Positions 49,331 to 60,521 of a DNA stretch of 64,000 bases are shown piece by piece (position 1 is the first letter of the stretch; every line of letters begins with the position of its first letter). Location: NCBI GenBank assembly GCA_000146465.1, contig CP001942.1. The stretch is one strand, 5' to 3'. The notes under the pieces are model-generated. The model saw only the letters and a list, made by a program, of their open reading frames with translations, ran no database searches and had not been told where the DNA came from. The translations under genes and the position numbers were made by a program.

Positions 49331-51781
49331 TCACTTATTTATCTCGTTAAGAAACTCTTCTAGTTCTCGCATTTTGATTTTGGTATGATCAAACATACCA
49401 AGGTTGTCTTCTTTTCCCTCACCATCAACCTTCCTAGTGTCTCCCCAAGTGAAATTGTCAAAGTGCCAGAAGGCATATGTGGGCAGAACAAAATTCCAGA
49501 TAGGAATAGACAGCACATAAACAAAACACCAGAATATGTACTGTATCTCCATCGTTGTGATCAGTATCAATAAGGCAGGTAAGCCGAAAATTCCAACTAA
49601 CATGATCAAAGGAACCCAGGCTGGCTCTATCAGGATGGATACAGTAATCATGATAAACGTGAAAATTATCGCTGCCGGGAGTACTAATGTTCCAAATAGC
49701 TCCATCACCACAACAAGTTGCATCGAAAAGCAAAAGGCCCCACAAAGATTGTTAACCTGGACAAGCTCAAATAGATTATGTATAGTTGAGTTAATCCATC
49801 TTCTCCTTTGGCTGAGAAGGACACTAAACTCCCCAGGGACATACGTTTCGCATTTGGCTGCAGGAATAAACACAAGTTTTCTTCTATAAAAGTTTTTCAG
49901 CAACAGAGTCGTTAAATACCTATCTTCTCCCAGGTGCAAAAGATTTTTTTGATGCAAGGTCTTTGCTTCAAGAACAGAATAAGCATTTATGATTGCTGGA
50001 TTTGCAAGAATCGGAAGGCAAAAACTCTTTTCTAAGGACGAATTCAGAATAGACTTCACATTGTTCAGCCTTGGGGCGTTCGTTTGAGACTTAGACGGCC
50101 CAGAAAGCAATCTCCCTTGCTGGTTTGTAACAATCTTAATTCTATACATGCAAAAGCATCCAGGAAGGCATGTAACACCACCAAATACAGACTCAAAAGC
50201 CTTATTAAGGTGGTGACTGATGTAATATTCAAAAACCTGTATCATGGTAACCCAGCTCTCGAATTTGTTCAAAATCATGGTCTCCCCGCATATTCCAATA
50301 ACCTTTTGATCAGTTTCAAAAACATTCACCATAATAGACAAAGCATCCGGTTTAACTATTGTATCTGCATCAACCATCAGTATACATTCAAAGTCTTCCG
50401 GCTGCATATGCGGCATCAAAAACTTCATCTTCTGGTAAATTTCAAAATCTAGCTCCGTCATCCTGTCTCCATAAATTAATTTTGAAAAGAAGGACATCAG
50501 AATCACCTGACTGTCTCTTTTTCCTCTGTTCCCAGCCTTAAATGTTTCTTCGGGATTTCCACATTTATTGATTATGAGGATCCTTGTCTTATAGTTCTTG
50601 ACCTCCGTAGAATCTTCCTGTCTTCCAAAGCAAGGCCAACATCTGTATTGTTTTCTCTTTTTTTCTTCACTTACATGGTAGTATCCTCCATATACCTTGG
50701 CTCGGTTGTAGCGCTTGGCTCCGTCCGTAAGAGATATGTAACCTTTGGGCTCTGCATTTCTATTTACATCACACAGCCCTAAAACTATATCGGGAGTACT
50801 CAAATCGTTTCCAGACCCAGTTATTTCTCCGTCGCATATCACCACAATCAACTTATAGTCATATCCATAATCTTGTTTGCAGAGACTGTCTAGAGTGTTT
50901 TTTATACCATCCCTTCCTTCGCTGTAGCATGTTACCAGCAGTATACAGGGAGTTACATTTGGACTAGGTCTTGGTTTCCTCTTCACATACCAAGAGTAGA
51001 AAAATCCTAGGGAGAACTTTGTAATTATCAGTCCAAAGATGGAGACAGTTGTGATCCAGAATACTGTGTCGGCAAGAAGGCATCCCGGTGTTTTTGTAGC
51101 AATCTTCCCTGCATAAAACATGTCTTGATAGCACTTCCATTCGTCCATATCGAAATCAGGTTTTCCTTCCGTCCCTGCATACTTACGGTTAAATTCTTCA
51201 AATAAAGGCTCAGAACAATGTGATGGGTCGTAAACTTTGTTGTTGACAACTACCATTCCCTTCTTCATTATATCCCCCCACTCCCAATAGATATCGTTTA
51301 TTCTCTCTAGGTCTTCGATATCCTCTGAACCGCTGGGAAGCTGTCTTCCAAATGCAAGCTTGCATGCATCACTCTCTTTTTCAAACACATGTGTGTAGTT
51401 CTCCCCAATTGTATATTCGTCATCTGTATAATAGAGCCCTCCATTTGCTATTACAATGTTTCTGTTAAATCCATCCACCTTAAGTTTTGATGCAACATAT
51501 TGTGTATTTCCTCTGCAAACAATAGTGTTCATTCCATAGGTCATAAAGGCTAATACGATCCAACAGAAAAATATACAAATGCATAAAGCTACCTTTTCTC
51601 TCCATGCATGTTGAATCTCCGGCGTTGTCATTCCAAAGCATCTCAACATAAAATTCGGAATTAAACATGTTAGAAATATAGTCATCTTATACCACCATCC
51701 TTTGTTTTCCGATGTACTTTTGGGAGGCCTTTGAAGCCTTGTTCTGGACGGATTTCTTAGTATCTCCCCCTGCGATAGCAT
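49331..51781 (-). CDS. Chitin synthase
   Basis: 816 aa. GT2 catalytic motifs including EDR and QRRRW (LLSQRRRWINSTIHNL). Multiple C-terminal TM helices. Confidence 0.9.
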   Translation of the reverse strand: MLSQGEILRNPSRTRLQRPPKSTSENKGWWYKMTIFLTCLIPNFMLRCFGMTTPEIQHAWREKVALCICIFFCWIVLAFMTYGMNTIVCRGNTQYVASKLKVDGFNRNIVIANGGLYYTDDEYTIGENYTHVFEKESDACKLAFGRQLPSGSEDIEDLERINDIYWEWGDIMKKGMVVVNNKVYDPSHCSEPLFEEFNRKYAGTEGKPDFDMDEWKCYQDMFYAGKIATKTPGCLLADTVFWITTVSIFGLIITKFSLGFFYSWYVKRKPRPSPNVTPCILLVTCYSEGRDGIKNTLDSLCKQDYGYDYKLIVVICDGEITGSGNDLSTPDIVLGLCDVNRNAEPKGYISLTDGAKRYNRAKVYGGYYHVSEEKKRKQYRCWPCFGRQEDSTEVKNYKTRILIINKCGNPEETFKAGNRGKRDSQVILMSFFSKLIYGDRMTELDFEIYQKMKFLMPHMQPEDFECILMVDADTIVKPDALSIMVNVFETDQKVIGICGETMILNKFESWVTMIQVFEYYISHHLNKAFESVFGGVTCLPGCFCMYRIKIVTNQQGRLLSGPSKSQTNAPRLNNVKSILNSSLEKSFCLPILANPAIINAYSVLEAKTLHQKNLLHLGEDRYLTTLLLKNFYRRKLVFIPAAKCETYVPGEFSVLLSQRRRWINSTIHNLFELVQVNNLCGAFCFSMQLVVVMELFGTLVLPAAIIFTFIMITVSILIEPAWVPLIMLVGIFGLPALLILITTMEIQYIFWCFVYVLSIPIWNFVLPTYAFWHFDNFTWGDTRKVDGEGKEDNLGMFDHTKIKMRELEEFLNEINK

Positions 51782-51841
51782 TTGTTTGTGTAAGGTAGAT
51801 TCAATATAAATTTCACTTTAATTAATTTGAAAAAGAGGCTT

Positions 51842-52375
51842 TCAGGGAGACTTCAAAAAATAGAAGGCTGAGTTGACATAGAGCTCGTAGAGGATGTCAA
51901 AGATGTCCAGGTCCTGGGTGTCTGTCTCAGAAAACCCAAGCACAGCACACCTCAGGTCTCCCTTCCACCGCACCCCGCTCCTCTCCACATCTCTCCTCCC
52001 AAGATATGCCTTCTTCGTCAGCGCAGTGTTCTGCACAAACTCGTTCTCGTTGAGCTCCATGTGCACCCTGTATCCATATTCAGGGAGGTAGTCGACCTCG
52101 AGAGATCTCAGCCATCGCGTGTCTGGCCTGCCGAGTGCATCCACAGGGAGCAGTGCCGCCCCGGGCCTGTAGTTCGCAAGTGCGCGGGCCCAGTAGCACT
52201 CAACTGCCCTGCGGACAAGCCCGTCCTTCTTTCCAAGCAGAGGCTTGATGTTCCTGTGGTGCTCCAGCTTGCACTCAAAGTCCCTCCTTGCAAACGCCTC
52301 GTGCTCCCCGTCAATGTCGGACTGGATCTCGTCCAGAAGCCTACAGATCTCTGCATCCTGCATCCAGGGGGGCAT
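51842..52375 (-). CDS. Nucleosome assembly protein-like (NAP/SET family), short form
   Basis: 177 aa. RLLDEIQSDIDGEHEAFARRDFECKLEHHRNIKPLLGKK parallels the NAP N-terminal helix (RVxALKxLQ..IEAKFYEEVH..E.KY..LY.PLFDKR). YRVHMELNENEFVQNTALTKKAY parallels the NAP FxF..NEFF.N.VLTK.Y block. First gene inside the GC-rich block. Its 5' end overlaps the ABC gene 3' end by about 35 nt. Confidence 0.5.
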   Translation of the reverse strand: MPPWMQDAEICRLLDEIQSDIDGEHEAFARRDFECKLEHHRNIKPLLGKKDGLVRRAVECYWARALANYRPGAALLPVDALGRPDTRWLRSLEVDYLPEYGYRVHMELNENEFVQNTALTKKAYLGRRDVERSGVRWKGDLRCAVLGFSETDTQDLDIFDILYELYVNSAFYFLKSP

Positions 52376-54185
52376 GGCGGCTTTGCAATGGGTCCCCTGC
52401 AGCGGGTTTGAAGTTTCCTAGCCCCGTCTTCATGCGCCAGTACTCCCCGCGGAGCTCCATCAGCTCGCCATGGCTTCCAGACTCGACTATGCGGCCGGCG
52501 TCCATCAGGATGATCCTGTCCATGTGCTCTGCCATCCACAGATCGTGGAAGACCATGACAACAGTCTTTCCGGGAAGGCCCATCAGCAGGTCGAAGATGG
52601 CCCTTTCCCCACTTGCATCCAGCCTCGACGTGACCTCGTCGAGAAGCATCAGCGGCTTGTTCTGGAGCAGGCATCTTGCAATCGAGACCATCTGGACCTC
52701 TCCGCCGCTCAGCATCTTCATGGCCGAGTGGAGTCCTCGCCTCACAAGCAGGGGCCCGAGGCCTGCACTCCTGGATGCCTCGAGGATCTTCTGGAGGCTG
52801 GTTGCTGGGAGGCCGTATGAAATGTTGTGGAAGACAGTCTCGTCGAAGAAAGGCATGTCCTGAAGAATGCAGGCGATGGAGGCGCGGAGGGCAGCAGGGG
52901 AGGTGTTGCGGAGCTCGAGGCCGTTGACGCGGATGGAGCCTGTGTAGGAGTGGAGCATCGGGATCAGCCTTAGGATGGAGCTCTTGCCGCTTCCAGGCCT
53001 TCCGATGATTCCGACACGCTCGCCACGGGCAATCTTGAAGGACAGGTTTCTGAGGATGGGAGGGGCGTTTGGATATCCGAAGCTGACGCCCTCGAACTCG
53101 ATGGCTGGAGGGGCTTGGGACTTGGGGGATGACAGAGAGGGACACGGGAAGCCTGTGGCAAGGGAGGAGGCGGGACTCTGTCTGGCCATCCTCTCCAAGT
53201 GGTCGTGGAGGATCAGCAGATCTTCGCAGTCTATCAGCCAGAACCCCATGTCCCTTGCAATGACACCCAGTGTCCACATGGACAGGTCGATGGAGAATAC
53301 AAAGGAAAAGAGAGTTGCCAGGTCTCCAATGGTCATTGTGCCGGAAAAGGCATCTGGAGTGCCCTTGAGGACGGAGTAGACAAAGAGGATTGTGAAGAGT
53401 ATCCTCTGGCCAAAGTTGATTATGGCCACACATCCCTTGTCGGAGAGCTTGAGAGTCCACATTGCCCTTATGATCTCCTGGAGGCTGTCGACCTCGGCCT
53501 GCTCGCAGCAGCATGTCTTGACAAGATCCATGTTTGAGACACACTCGTGGATCTTCTTGGAGACCGAGTTGTCTGCATAGTTGATTCTCTCCTTGTACCA
53601 GGAACGGATCCTCAGGGTCACAAAGGTGTAGACAGCATAGATGGAGATTGTGAAGAGGATGGGGAGAAGGTATCTGAGGCCAAACATCCTATAGACCTCT
53701 CTGAGGAGAAGAACAAGGTTGAAGAATGCAGGGACGGCGACGGTGAGGATCTTTGTAAGGACCTTGCAGATCTTCTTGTTTCCCCTCTCGACAATCCTGT
53801 TGAGGCTTGTGGGCTTGATTTCGCAAGCATGGGAGGCGTGGATTGCAAGGTAAAGAATGCGGGAGGTTATGTCCTCGACAATCCTGTTTGTTATGATGGA
53901 GAAGAGGACGACCTTGGACTCGATGAAGAGAGAGGAGAGGGTTCTGAGGACGAGGAAGGCTGTTGCCTTGCGGAAGATCAAGGACATGCCTGGATTGTCG
54001 GAGTCCTTGATGTGCTTTATGGTGTCGATGATAGAGCCTCTCTTCTTGATGGAAGCAACGTCAAGCCACTTTCCAAGGACGATGCAGAGGGCCATTACAA
54101 CGACTATTGCAACCTCGTGGGGAGATGTGGGCTTTAGCATGGATGCAAGTCTGCTCCATATTGCTCGACGGTCTATTTTCTTCAT
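52341..54185 (-). CDS. ABC half-transporter (TMD-NBD), ABCB/Atm1-like
   Basis: 614 aa. Six predicted TM helices. NBD has Walker A GRPGSGKSS, signature LSGGEVQ, Walker B LMLLDEVTSRLD. The 478-aa R/P/H/G-rich ORF at 52108..53544 in another frame is judged a GC-composition artefact. Confidence 0.75.
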   Translation of the reverse strand: MKKIDRRAIWSRLASMLKPTSPHEVAIVVVMALCIVLGKWLDVASIKKRGSIIDTIKHIKDSDNPGMSLIFRKATAFLVLRTLSSLFIESKVVLFSIITNRIVEDITSRILYLAIHASHACEIKPTSLNRIVERGNKKICKVLTKILTVAVPAFFNLVLLLREVYRMFGLRYLLPILFTISIYAVYTFVTLRIRSWYKERINYADNSVSKKIHECVSNMDLVKTCCCEQAEVDSLQEIIRAMWTLKLSDKGCVAIINFGQRILFTILFVYSVLKGTPDAFSGTMTIGDLATLFSFVFSIDLSMWTLGVIARDMGFWLIDCEDLLILHDHLERMARQSPASSLATGFPCPSLSSPKSQAPPAIEFEGVSFGYPNAPPILRNLSFKIARGERVGIIGRPGSGKSSILRLIPMLHSYTGSIRVNGLELRNTSPAALRASIACILQDMPFFDETVFHNISYGLPATSLQKILEASRSAGLGPLLVRRGLHSAMKMLSGGEVQMVSIARCLLQNKPLMLLDEVTSRLDASGERAIFDLLMGLPGKTVVMVFHDLWMAEHMDRIILMDAGRIVESGSHGELMELRGEYWRMKTGLGNFKPAAGDPLQSRHAPLDAGCRDL

Positions 54186-54248
54186 TAGCTTTGGAAAGGG
54201 GAGGGGGTTTTATTGTCTGAGATGGCGGCAAGAAGCGTTTTTAATAAA

Positions 54249-55628
54249 CTACTTGTAGATGGGATGGGCGTCTACGAGGGCAAGGACCCTTTTCTTCAGA
54301 TCGGCGGCAGCGGGGCTGGAGGACAAGAGGGCAGACGCTGTTTTCTGGAGCTCTGCCTTTGGGATGCTCTTCCCTGGGAATGTCTCTCTGCAGAGCTCGA
54401 CGACGCCGTTGATTATGGCGGCAAGCTCTCTCATGTCATGTGGGCCAAGGCCCCTGGCAGTGACGGCATATGTGCCTATGCGGATTCCGGATGGGTTGAG
54501 GGGGCTTGAGTCACCGGCAATGGTGTTTCTGTTGAGGCTGATTCCCAGGATGTCGCACACATGCTCGACAGCGGTGGCGTTGACGTCCTTGTTCTTGAGG
54601 TCTACAAGGAACATGTGGTTGTCTGTTCCGCCTGTGGGGATGTCGAAGCCCAGGGACAGCAGATGGGCGGAGAGTGCTTTAGAGTTTTCGACGACACACC
54701 TGGCGTACTCTGCAAACTCGGGGGTTGCGGCGTGGAGAAGAGCCGAAGCGATTCCAGCGATTGTGTGGTTGTGGGGGCCGCCCTGGAGCATGGGGAAGAC
54801 GGCGAAGTTGATCTTTGTGTCCAGGTCGATGGAGACGGCGTTCTTTGTAACTGTTTTCCTGTAGAAGATGAGGGCGCCACGGGGGCCTCGAAGGCCTTTC
54901 TGGGTTGTTGTCATGACCACGTCGCAGTGGTTGAAGGGGCTGTTCATCAGGCCACATGCAACCAGAGGAGAGATGTGGGAGATGTCGGCAAAGAGAAAGG
55001 CGTTGTTGGAGGCAGCCAGGGAGGAAAGCCTCTTGTAGTCGATGTCTCTGGAGTATGCGCTGTACCCGCAGATCAGGATGTGAGGCTGGAAGTTGTTGAA
55101 GGCATCCTCGAGGGCATTGTAGTCGATGAAGCCGTCGGGGCCTATTCTGTAGGCTCTTGAGTCGAAGTAAACGCTTGTGGCCGATATCTTCCTGGTCTTT
55201 GTCCTGTATCCGTGTGTCAGGTGGCCTCCAGATGGAAGATCGAGGCCCATGATTCTTCCTCCGGGAGGAACGAGGGCTGTATAGACGGCAAAGTTGGCTG
55301 GGCTCCCCGAGTATGGTTGGACATTGACGCCCCAGACTGCTGGGTCGAGGCCGAAGAGCGAGAGAGCCCTCTTCTGGCAAAGGGTCTCGATCTTGTCTAT
55401 CCATTGTGTTCCTCCGTAGTACCGTTCTCCCACTCTCCCCTCGGAATACTTGTTGGTAAGGACCGACCCGCAGGCCTCCATCACGCTTTGGTGGACGTAG
55501 TTTTCACTGGCTATCAGATTTATTGTCTTTTGCTGCCTTGCAGCCTCTCCGCAGATCAGGGCATGGAGCTCTGGATCCACTGTTTCCATCGGGCCTGTCC
55601 AGAAGCCCTCTCCTCTTCCCTTTGTCAT
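54249..55628 (-). CDS. SHMT: Serine hydroxymethyltransferase
   Basis: 459 aa. PLP-lysine motif VVMTTTQKGLRGPRGALIF (TTHKT-type variant). N-terminal LIASENYV. Glycine-rich GGHLTHG. Confidence 0.9.
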   Translation of the reverse strand: MTKGRGEGFWTGPMETVDPELHALICGEAARQQKTINLIASENYVHQSVMEACGSVLTNKYSEGRVGERYYGGTQWIDKIETLCQKRALSLFGLDPAVWGVNVQPYSGSPANFAVYTALVPPGGRIMGLDLPSGGHLTHGYRTKTRKISATSVYFDSRAYRIGPDGFIDYNALEDAFNNFQPHILICGYSAYSRDIDYKRLSSLAASNNAFLFADISHISPLVACGLMNSPFNHCDVVMTTTQKGLRGPRGALIFYRKTVTKNAVSIDLDTKINFAVFPMLQGGPHNHTIAGIASALLHAATPEFAEYARCVVENSKALSAHLLSLGFDIPTGGTDNHMFLVDLKNKDVNATAVEHVCDILGISLNRNTIAGDSSPLNPSGIRIGTYAVTARGLGPHDMRELAAIINGVVELCRETFPGKSIPKAELQKTASALLSSSPAAADLKKRVLALVDAHPIYK

Positions 55629-55674
55629 GGCTTGTCCTTCCCCAAAACTTAAATACTTGTTGGAGGGAAGATTT

Positions 55675-57203
<1,529 letters not shown>

Positions 57204-57246
57204 GGATTATTAAATAGTATTAATAAAAAAGCGAAAACAAAAGGGA

Positions 57247-59835
57247 ATGAAATGGATTGAATTGGCAATTGGATTGATACCCATGATTGAGGGTAGGCAG
57301 GAAGAGGATTCTTCGTACAGGCGAAGACTGGAGAAGATTGTGATTCCGGAGCATTACGACCTGCATGTAAAAGTGATGGACGTGGGGTTCTGCGGAAAGG
57401 TAGGGATCTCTGTGAGTATTTTGGAACCTGTAAGGGAGATAGTGATGAACGCAAAAGAACTTGAGATTCAGGAGGCGACGATTCGGGTTGGAGACACCGA
57501 GGTTCCTGGAGAGATAGTGATGGGGGAGAAGGAGAAAGAGTACGAGATTGTGCGGATTGTGTTTGAAAAGGAGATTGAGGCGGGGAAGGGATATATCACG
57601 GCGAAGTTCTGTGGAGACTACAACAACGGACTTGTAGGGTTCTACAAGAGTGGGGAAGAGAAGGAGATATATAGTACGCACTTTGAGCCGACGGATGCAC
57701 GGAGGGTGTTTCCATGTTTTGACCAGCCGGACATGAAGGCAACATTCCAGATTTCGATTGATGCGCCCTCGAGGCTTGTTGTTCTTTCGAACAGCCCCGA
57801 AGAGGAAGAGAAGCGGGAGGAGTATGGAGACAGGGCGATTTCGTATTTTGAGAAGACAAGCAAGATGTCGACGTACCTTGTTGCATTTGTGATTGGAGAC
57901 CTTAATTACATTGAGGACTGGAGCAAGGGGGGAGTGCGACTTCGAGTGTATGGACAAGGAGAGGAAGTGGAGTGGGGAAGATACGGACTGGAGGTTGCAA
58001 AGAGATGCATTGACTACTTTTCTGAGTACTTTGGGATTGGATATGAGTTTCCACGGAAGGAGAGTGCAAAGGTGGACATGGTAGGGATTCCGAGCTTTGG
58101 AAGTGGAGCAATGGAGAACTGGGGGCTGATTACGTTCCGACGGGAGAGTCTTCTGTATGTTGCAGGGAAGAGCAGTGTGGAAGACAAGAAGAATGTGGCG
58201 GAGACAGTGTGCCACGAGCTAGCACACATGTGGTTTGGGAACCTTGTGACGATGGAGTGGTGGGACGACCTATGGCTGAACGAGGGGTTTGCAACATGGA
58301 TGTCGTACAAGGGGATGGAGAACATCGGGGATGTTGTGGACTGGGATGTGTGGGGAGAATTTTTGCTCTGGGATGTGATCCGAGGAATGCTTGATGATGG
58401 GCTTGGAAAGAGCCACAAGATCCAAATGGCTGTTGAGAATGCAGGGGAGATTGGAGAGATTTTTGACACGATAAGCTACAGCAAGGGGTCGAGTGTGATC
58501 AGGATGATTGAGAGATATGTGGGGGAGTCTGTATTTATGCTGGGGATCCGGCGATACATAAGAGAGCATATGTATGGGAATGTGAATGGAGAGAGTCTGT
58601 GGAAGGCGATTGGAAAGGAGTATGGAAAGGATATTTTGCCGATGGTTGAGGGATGGATTTCGCAGGCGGGGTATCCTATGGTAGAAGTGTCTGAACGTGA
58701 GTCTTCACTTATGCTGAAGCAGTCGCGGTATTCGATGATAGGAAAGGGGGATTCGAGTGTATGGACGGTGCCTGTTGTGATAGAATGGGAAGGAGGAGAG
58801 AAGGAGAGTATTTCGTTTTCTGGGAAGGAGATGGAGATTCCTCGGAAGAAGGAGGGATACAAGATGAATGCGGAGTATGGAGGGTTTTACCGAGTGAAGT
58901 ACGGACTTGATGGGCTTAAGCGTCTTGAGAAGAGGATTGGGGAGATGAGCAGCGAGGACCGAGTGAACATGATTGAAGATGTGTTTGGGGTTGGGTTTGG
59001 GCTGTATGGAGGACTAAAGGAAGGACTTCGAAAGGTTGGAGAGTATTACTCTGAGACGTACCATGTTGGACGAAGTGCCATTGAGAAGCTTCTCCGGATC
59101 CGAAGTGTGTTCTATGACGACTCGGAGGTTGTTTCTCTTGTGGAGAAGAAGATTATTGGGCTAATTGAAAGGAGGATTTCTTCTGTGGATGTTTGGAAGA
59201 GGGAAGGATCAGTTGAGGAGATCAGCATGGACAAGTATGTACTGTCGGTGGGGATTGAGGTTGGCAGCAAGGTGGCAAAGGAGAAGGTTATGGAGATGTG
59301 GAATGAGCATCTTAGAAGCGGAAAGGAGCTTGGAGAGTTCCGAAGGATTGTGTACGAAGGAGTTGTTGACGACAATCTGGAGTACATGATGGAGAAGTAC
59401 TGGAAGGGAGACACGCCTGGGATGCGACGGGAGGTGATGTTTGGATTCGGAGGGATCCAGAAGCAAGAGAACTTTGAGAAAATATTGTCTTCGCTTGGGA
59501 AGTTTAATGTGGAGGACATTGGAGTGGTGATAGCGGTGATCTGCCGAGGAAACAAGTTCCGGGACGCAATGGTTGAATATGTTGTGAGCCACGGGGAGGA
59601 GCTGTGTTCGATGGTGCATGATAACGGGATGTTGTATAACATAATCATTATGTCTCTGCGGCACGTGAGTGGAGAGGCGATGGTGTCTCGAGTGGTTTCG
59701 TTCCTGTCTGGAATCAAGCATCCTGGAAGCCAGCTGAACATTGAGAAGGTGCAGGACGAGATTGAGTGGAGACGAAGAATGAAAGGAATCCGAGAGGAGA
59801 TTCTCTCTGGGCTTCGAGAAGAAGCATGGGAATAA
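57247..59835 (+). CDS. M1-family aminopeptidase (aminopeptidase N-like)
   Basis: 862 aa. GAMEN exopeptidase motif (GSGAMENWGLITF). Zinc-binding HELAHMWFGNLVTMEWWDDLWLNEGFA (HEXXH-18-E). C-terminal ERAP-like helical domain. Coding strand is strongly purine-rich. Confidence 0.85.
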   Translation: MKWIELAIGLIPMIEGRQEEDSSYRRRLEKIVIPEHYDLHVKVMDVGFCGKVGISVSILEPVREIVMNAKELEIQEATIRVGDTEVPGEIVMGEKEKEYEIVRIVFEKEIEAGKGYITAKFCGDYNNGLVGFYKSGEEKEIYSTHFEPTDARRVFPCFDQPDMKATFQISIDAPSRLVVLSNSPEEEEKREEYGDRAISYFEKTSKMSTYLVAFVIGDLNYIEDWSKGGVRLRVYGQGEEVEWGRYGLEVAKRCIDYFSEYFGIGYEFPRKESAKVDMVGIPSFGSGAMENWGLITFRRESLLYVAGKSSVEDKKNVAETVCHELAHMWFGNLVTMEWWDDLWLNEGFATWMSYKGMENIGDVVDWDVWGEFLLWDVIRGMLDDGLGKSHKIQMAVENAGEIGEIFDTISYSKGSSVIRMIERYVGESVFMLGIRRYIREHMYGNVNGESLWKAIGKEYGKDILPMVEGWISQAGYPMVEVSERESSLMLKQSRYSMIGKGDSSVWTVPVVIEWEGGEKESISFSGKEMEIPRKKEGYKMNAEYGGFYRVKYGLDGLKRLEKRIGEMSSEDRVNMIEDVFGVGFGLYGGLKEGLRKVGEYYSETYHVGRSAIEKLLRIRSVFYDDSEVVSLVEKKIIGLIERRISSVDVWKREGSVEEISMDKYVLSVGIEVGSKVAKEKVMEMWNEHLRSGKELGEFRRIVYEGVVDDNLEYMMEKYWKGDTPGMRREVMFGFGGIQKQENFEKILSSLGKFNVEDIGVVIAVICRGNKFRDAMVEYVVSHGEELCSMVHDNGMLYNIIIMSLRHVSGEAMVSRVVSFLSGIKHPGSQLNIEKVQDEIEWRRRMKGIREEILSGLREEAWE

Positions 59836-60307
59836 ACAGAGCATTCTTTAGTGAAAGTATTTAATGTCTTGTCTGATTAAGAGGTTTTGGGGCCCCTTCT
59901 ATTGTTTCCGGGATGTGGAGTAGGGCCAGGGCCATTGTATGGTCTGTGCCGATGGGCCTTTGAGTGTTTCTTTACTCATCATCATCACCGTTTTCTCCAT
60001 TAGTACCGCAGGAGGGATCTCCCAGTCCTCCGGGATTTCCCGATCCTCCACCTCCATTTCCTTGTCCTTCTACGTTACCAGAAGACGAAGACGATCCGGT
60101 CTCGGCAAGAATTCCTGTGAGGAGTGAGAGAGAGAAGAAAAGAAAAGCCTTGGAGTTCATTGTAGGGGTGAGCGGGGAAGTTCCTTATGTACTTGAGGAT
60201 TTAAGGAGAGGAGCAAGTTAAAGGAGAGGCTTTTCAATGTCCTGTAGAGGAAGTGTGTGATTGAAAAGATTGAGAGCATAGGGTGGTTTGAGAGGGGTCT
60301 ATGTTGT

Positions 60308-60373
60308 GATTGGGATGTGGGGGGAGGGGCTATGGAGAGAAGGGGGAGCGAGGGGGAGGATTGGGATGTGGGG
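60308..60373 (+). promoter_or_regulatory. G-rich element with a 15-nt direct repeat and G-quadruplex-capable tract about 150-200 nt upstream of the SSU rRNA 5' end; putative Pol I promoter/upstream element
   Basis: gattgggatgtgggg occurs at 60308..60322 and again at 60359..60373. Between them GGGGGG-A-GGGG-N12-GGGGG-N5-GGGGG (60319..60356) satisfies a relaxed G4 pattern. Functional assignment is inferred from position only. Confidence 0.3.
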
Positions 60374-60521
60374 AGAAAAGAGAGTGGTTTTGGATTAGTT
60401 TTGGTCTCCTCTGAGAGAGATTTGTGTTTGACGGTGGGGATGGAGGATTTTTTGGGATTTGATGTGGCTGTGGCCAGGGGTTTGTTGATGAGGGATCTGA
60501 GAGATTTTTGATGGGGGGTAG

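Noticed and set aside
52108-53544. 478-aa minus-strand ORF, the longest alternative frame in the GC-rich block
   Set aside because: It overlaps the ABC transporter almost entirely in a different frame. Its translation is R/P/H/G/C-rich low-complexity (GRGRQPPGDHKGNVD..., ...HRKAWKRQELHPKADPDAPLLHRLHPRQRPRAPQHLPCCPPRLHRLHSSGH) with no motifs, whereas the ABC frame has Walker A/B and the LSGG signature. It is an open-frame artefact of high GC.
53547-54137. 196-aa plus-strand ORF, plus 52288..52863, 52470..52820, 52975..53379, 53199..53537 and other ORFs on both strands within 52.1-54.2 kb
   Set aside because: They are antisense or alternate-frame to the ABC transporter CDS. They are low-complexity and GC-driven, with no domain signatures.
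54259-55404. ORFs 54259..54864 (+), 54561..55160 (+), 54679..55404 (-) and 54602..54880 (-) overlapping SHMT
   Set aside because: The SHMT frame carries unmistakable SHMT motifs. These overlapping frames are Arg/Pro/Gly/Ala-rich and are artefacts of GC-rich DNA.
57220-58215. 331-aa minus-strand ORF, plus 59112..59741 and 59209..59844 minus ORFs, antisense to the aminopeptidase
   Set aside because: The aminopeptidase coding strand is strongly purine-rich (GAG/GAA/AAG/GGA codons). Its complement is pyrimidine-rich and rarely yields stops, giving long S/L/F/P-rich antisense ORFs. The sense frame has the GAMEN and HEXXH-E zinc-peptidase motifs.
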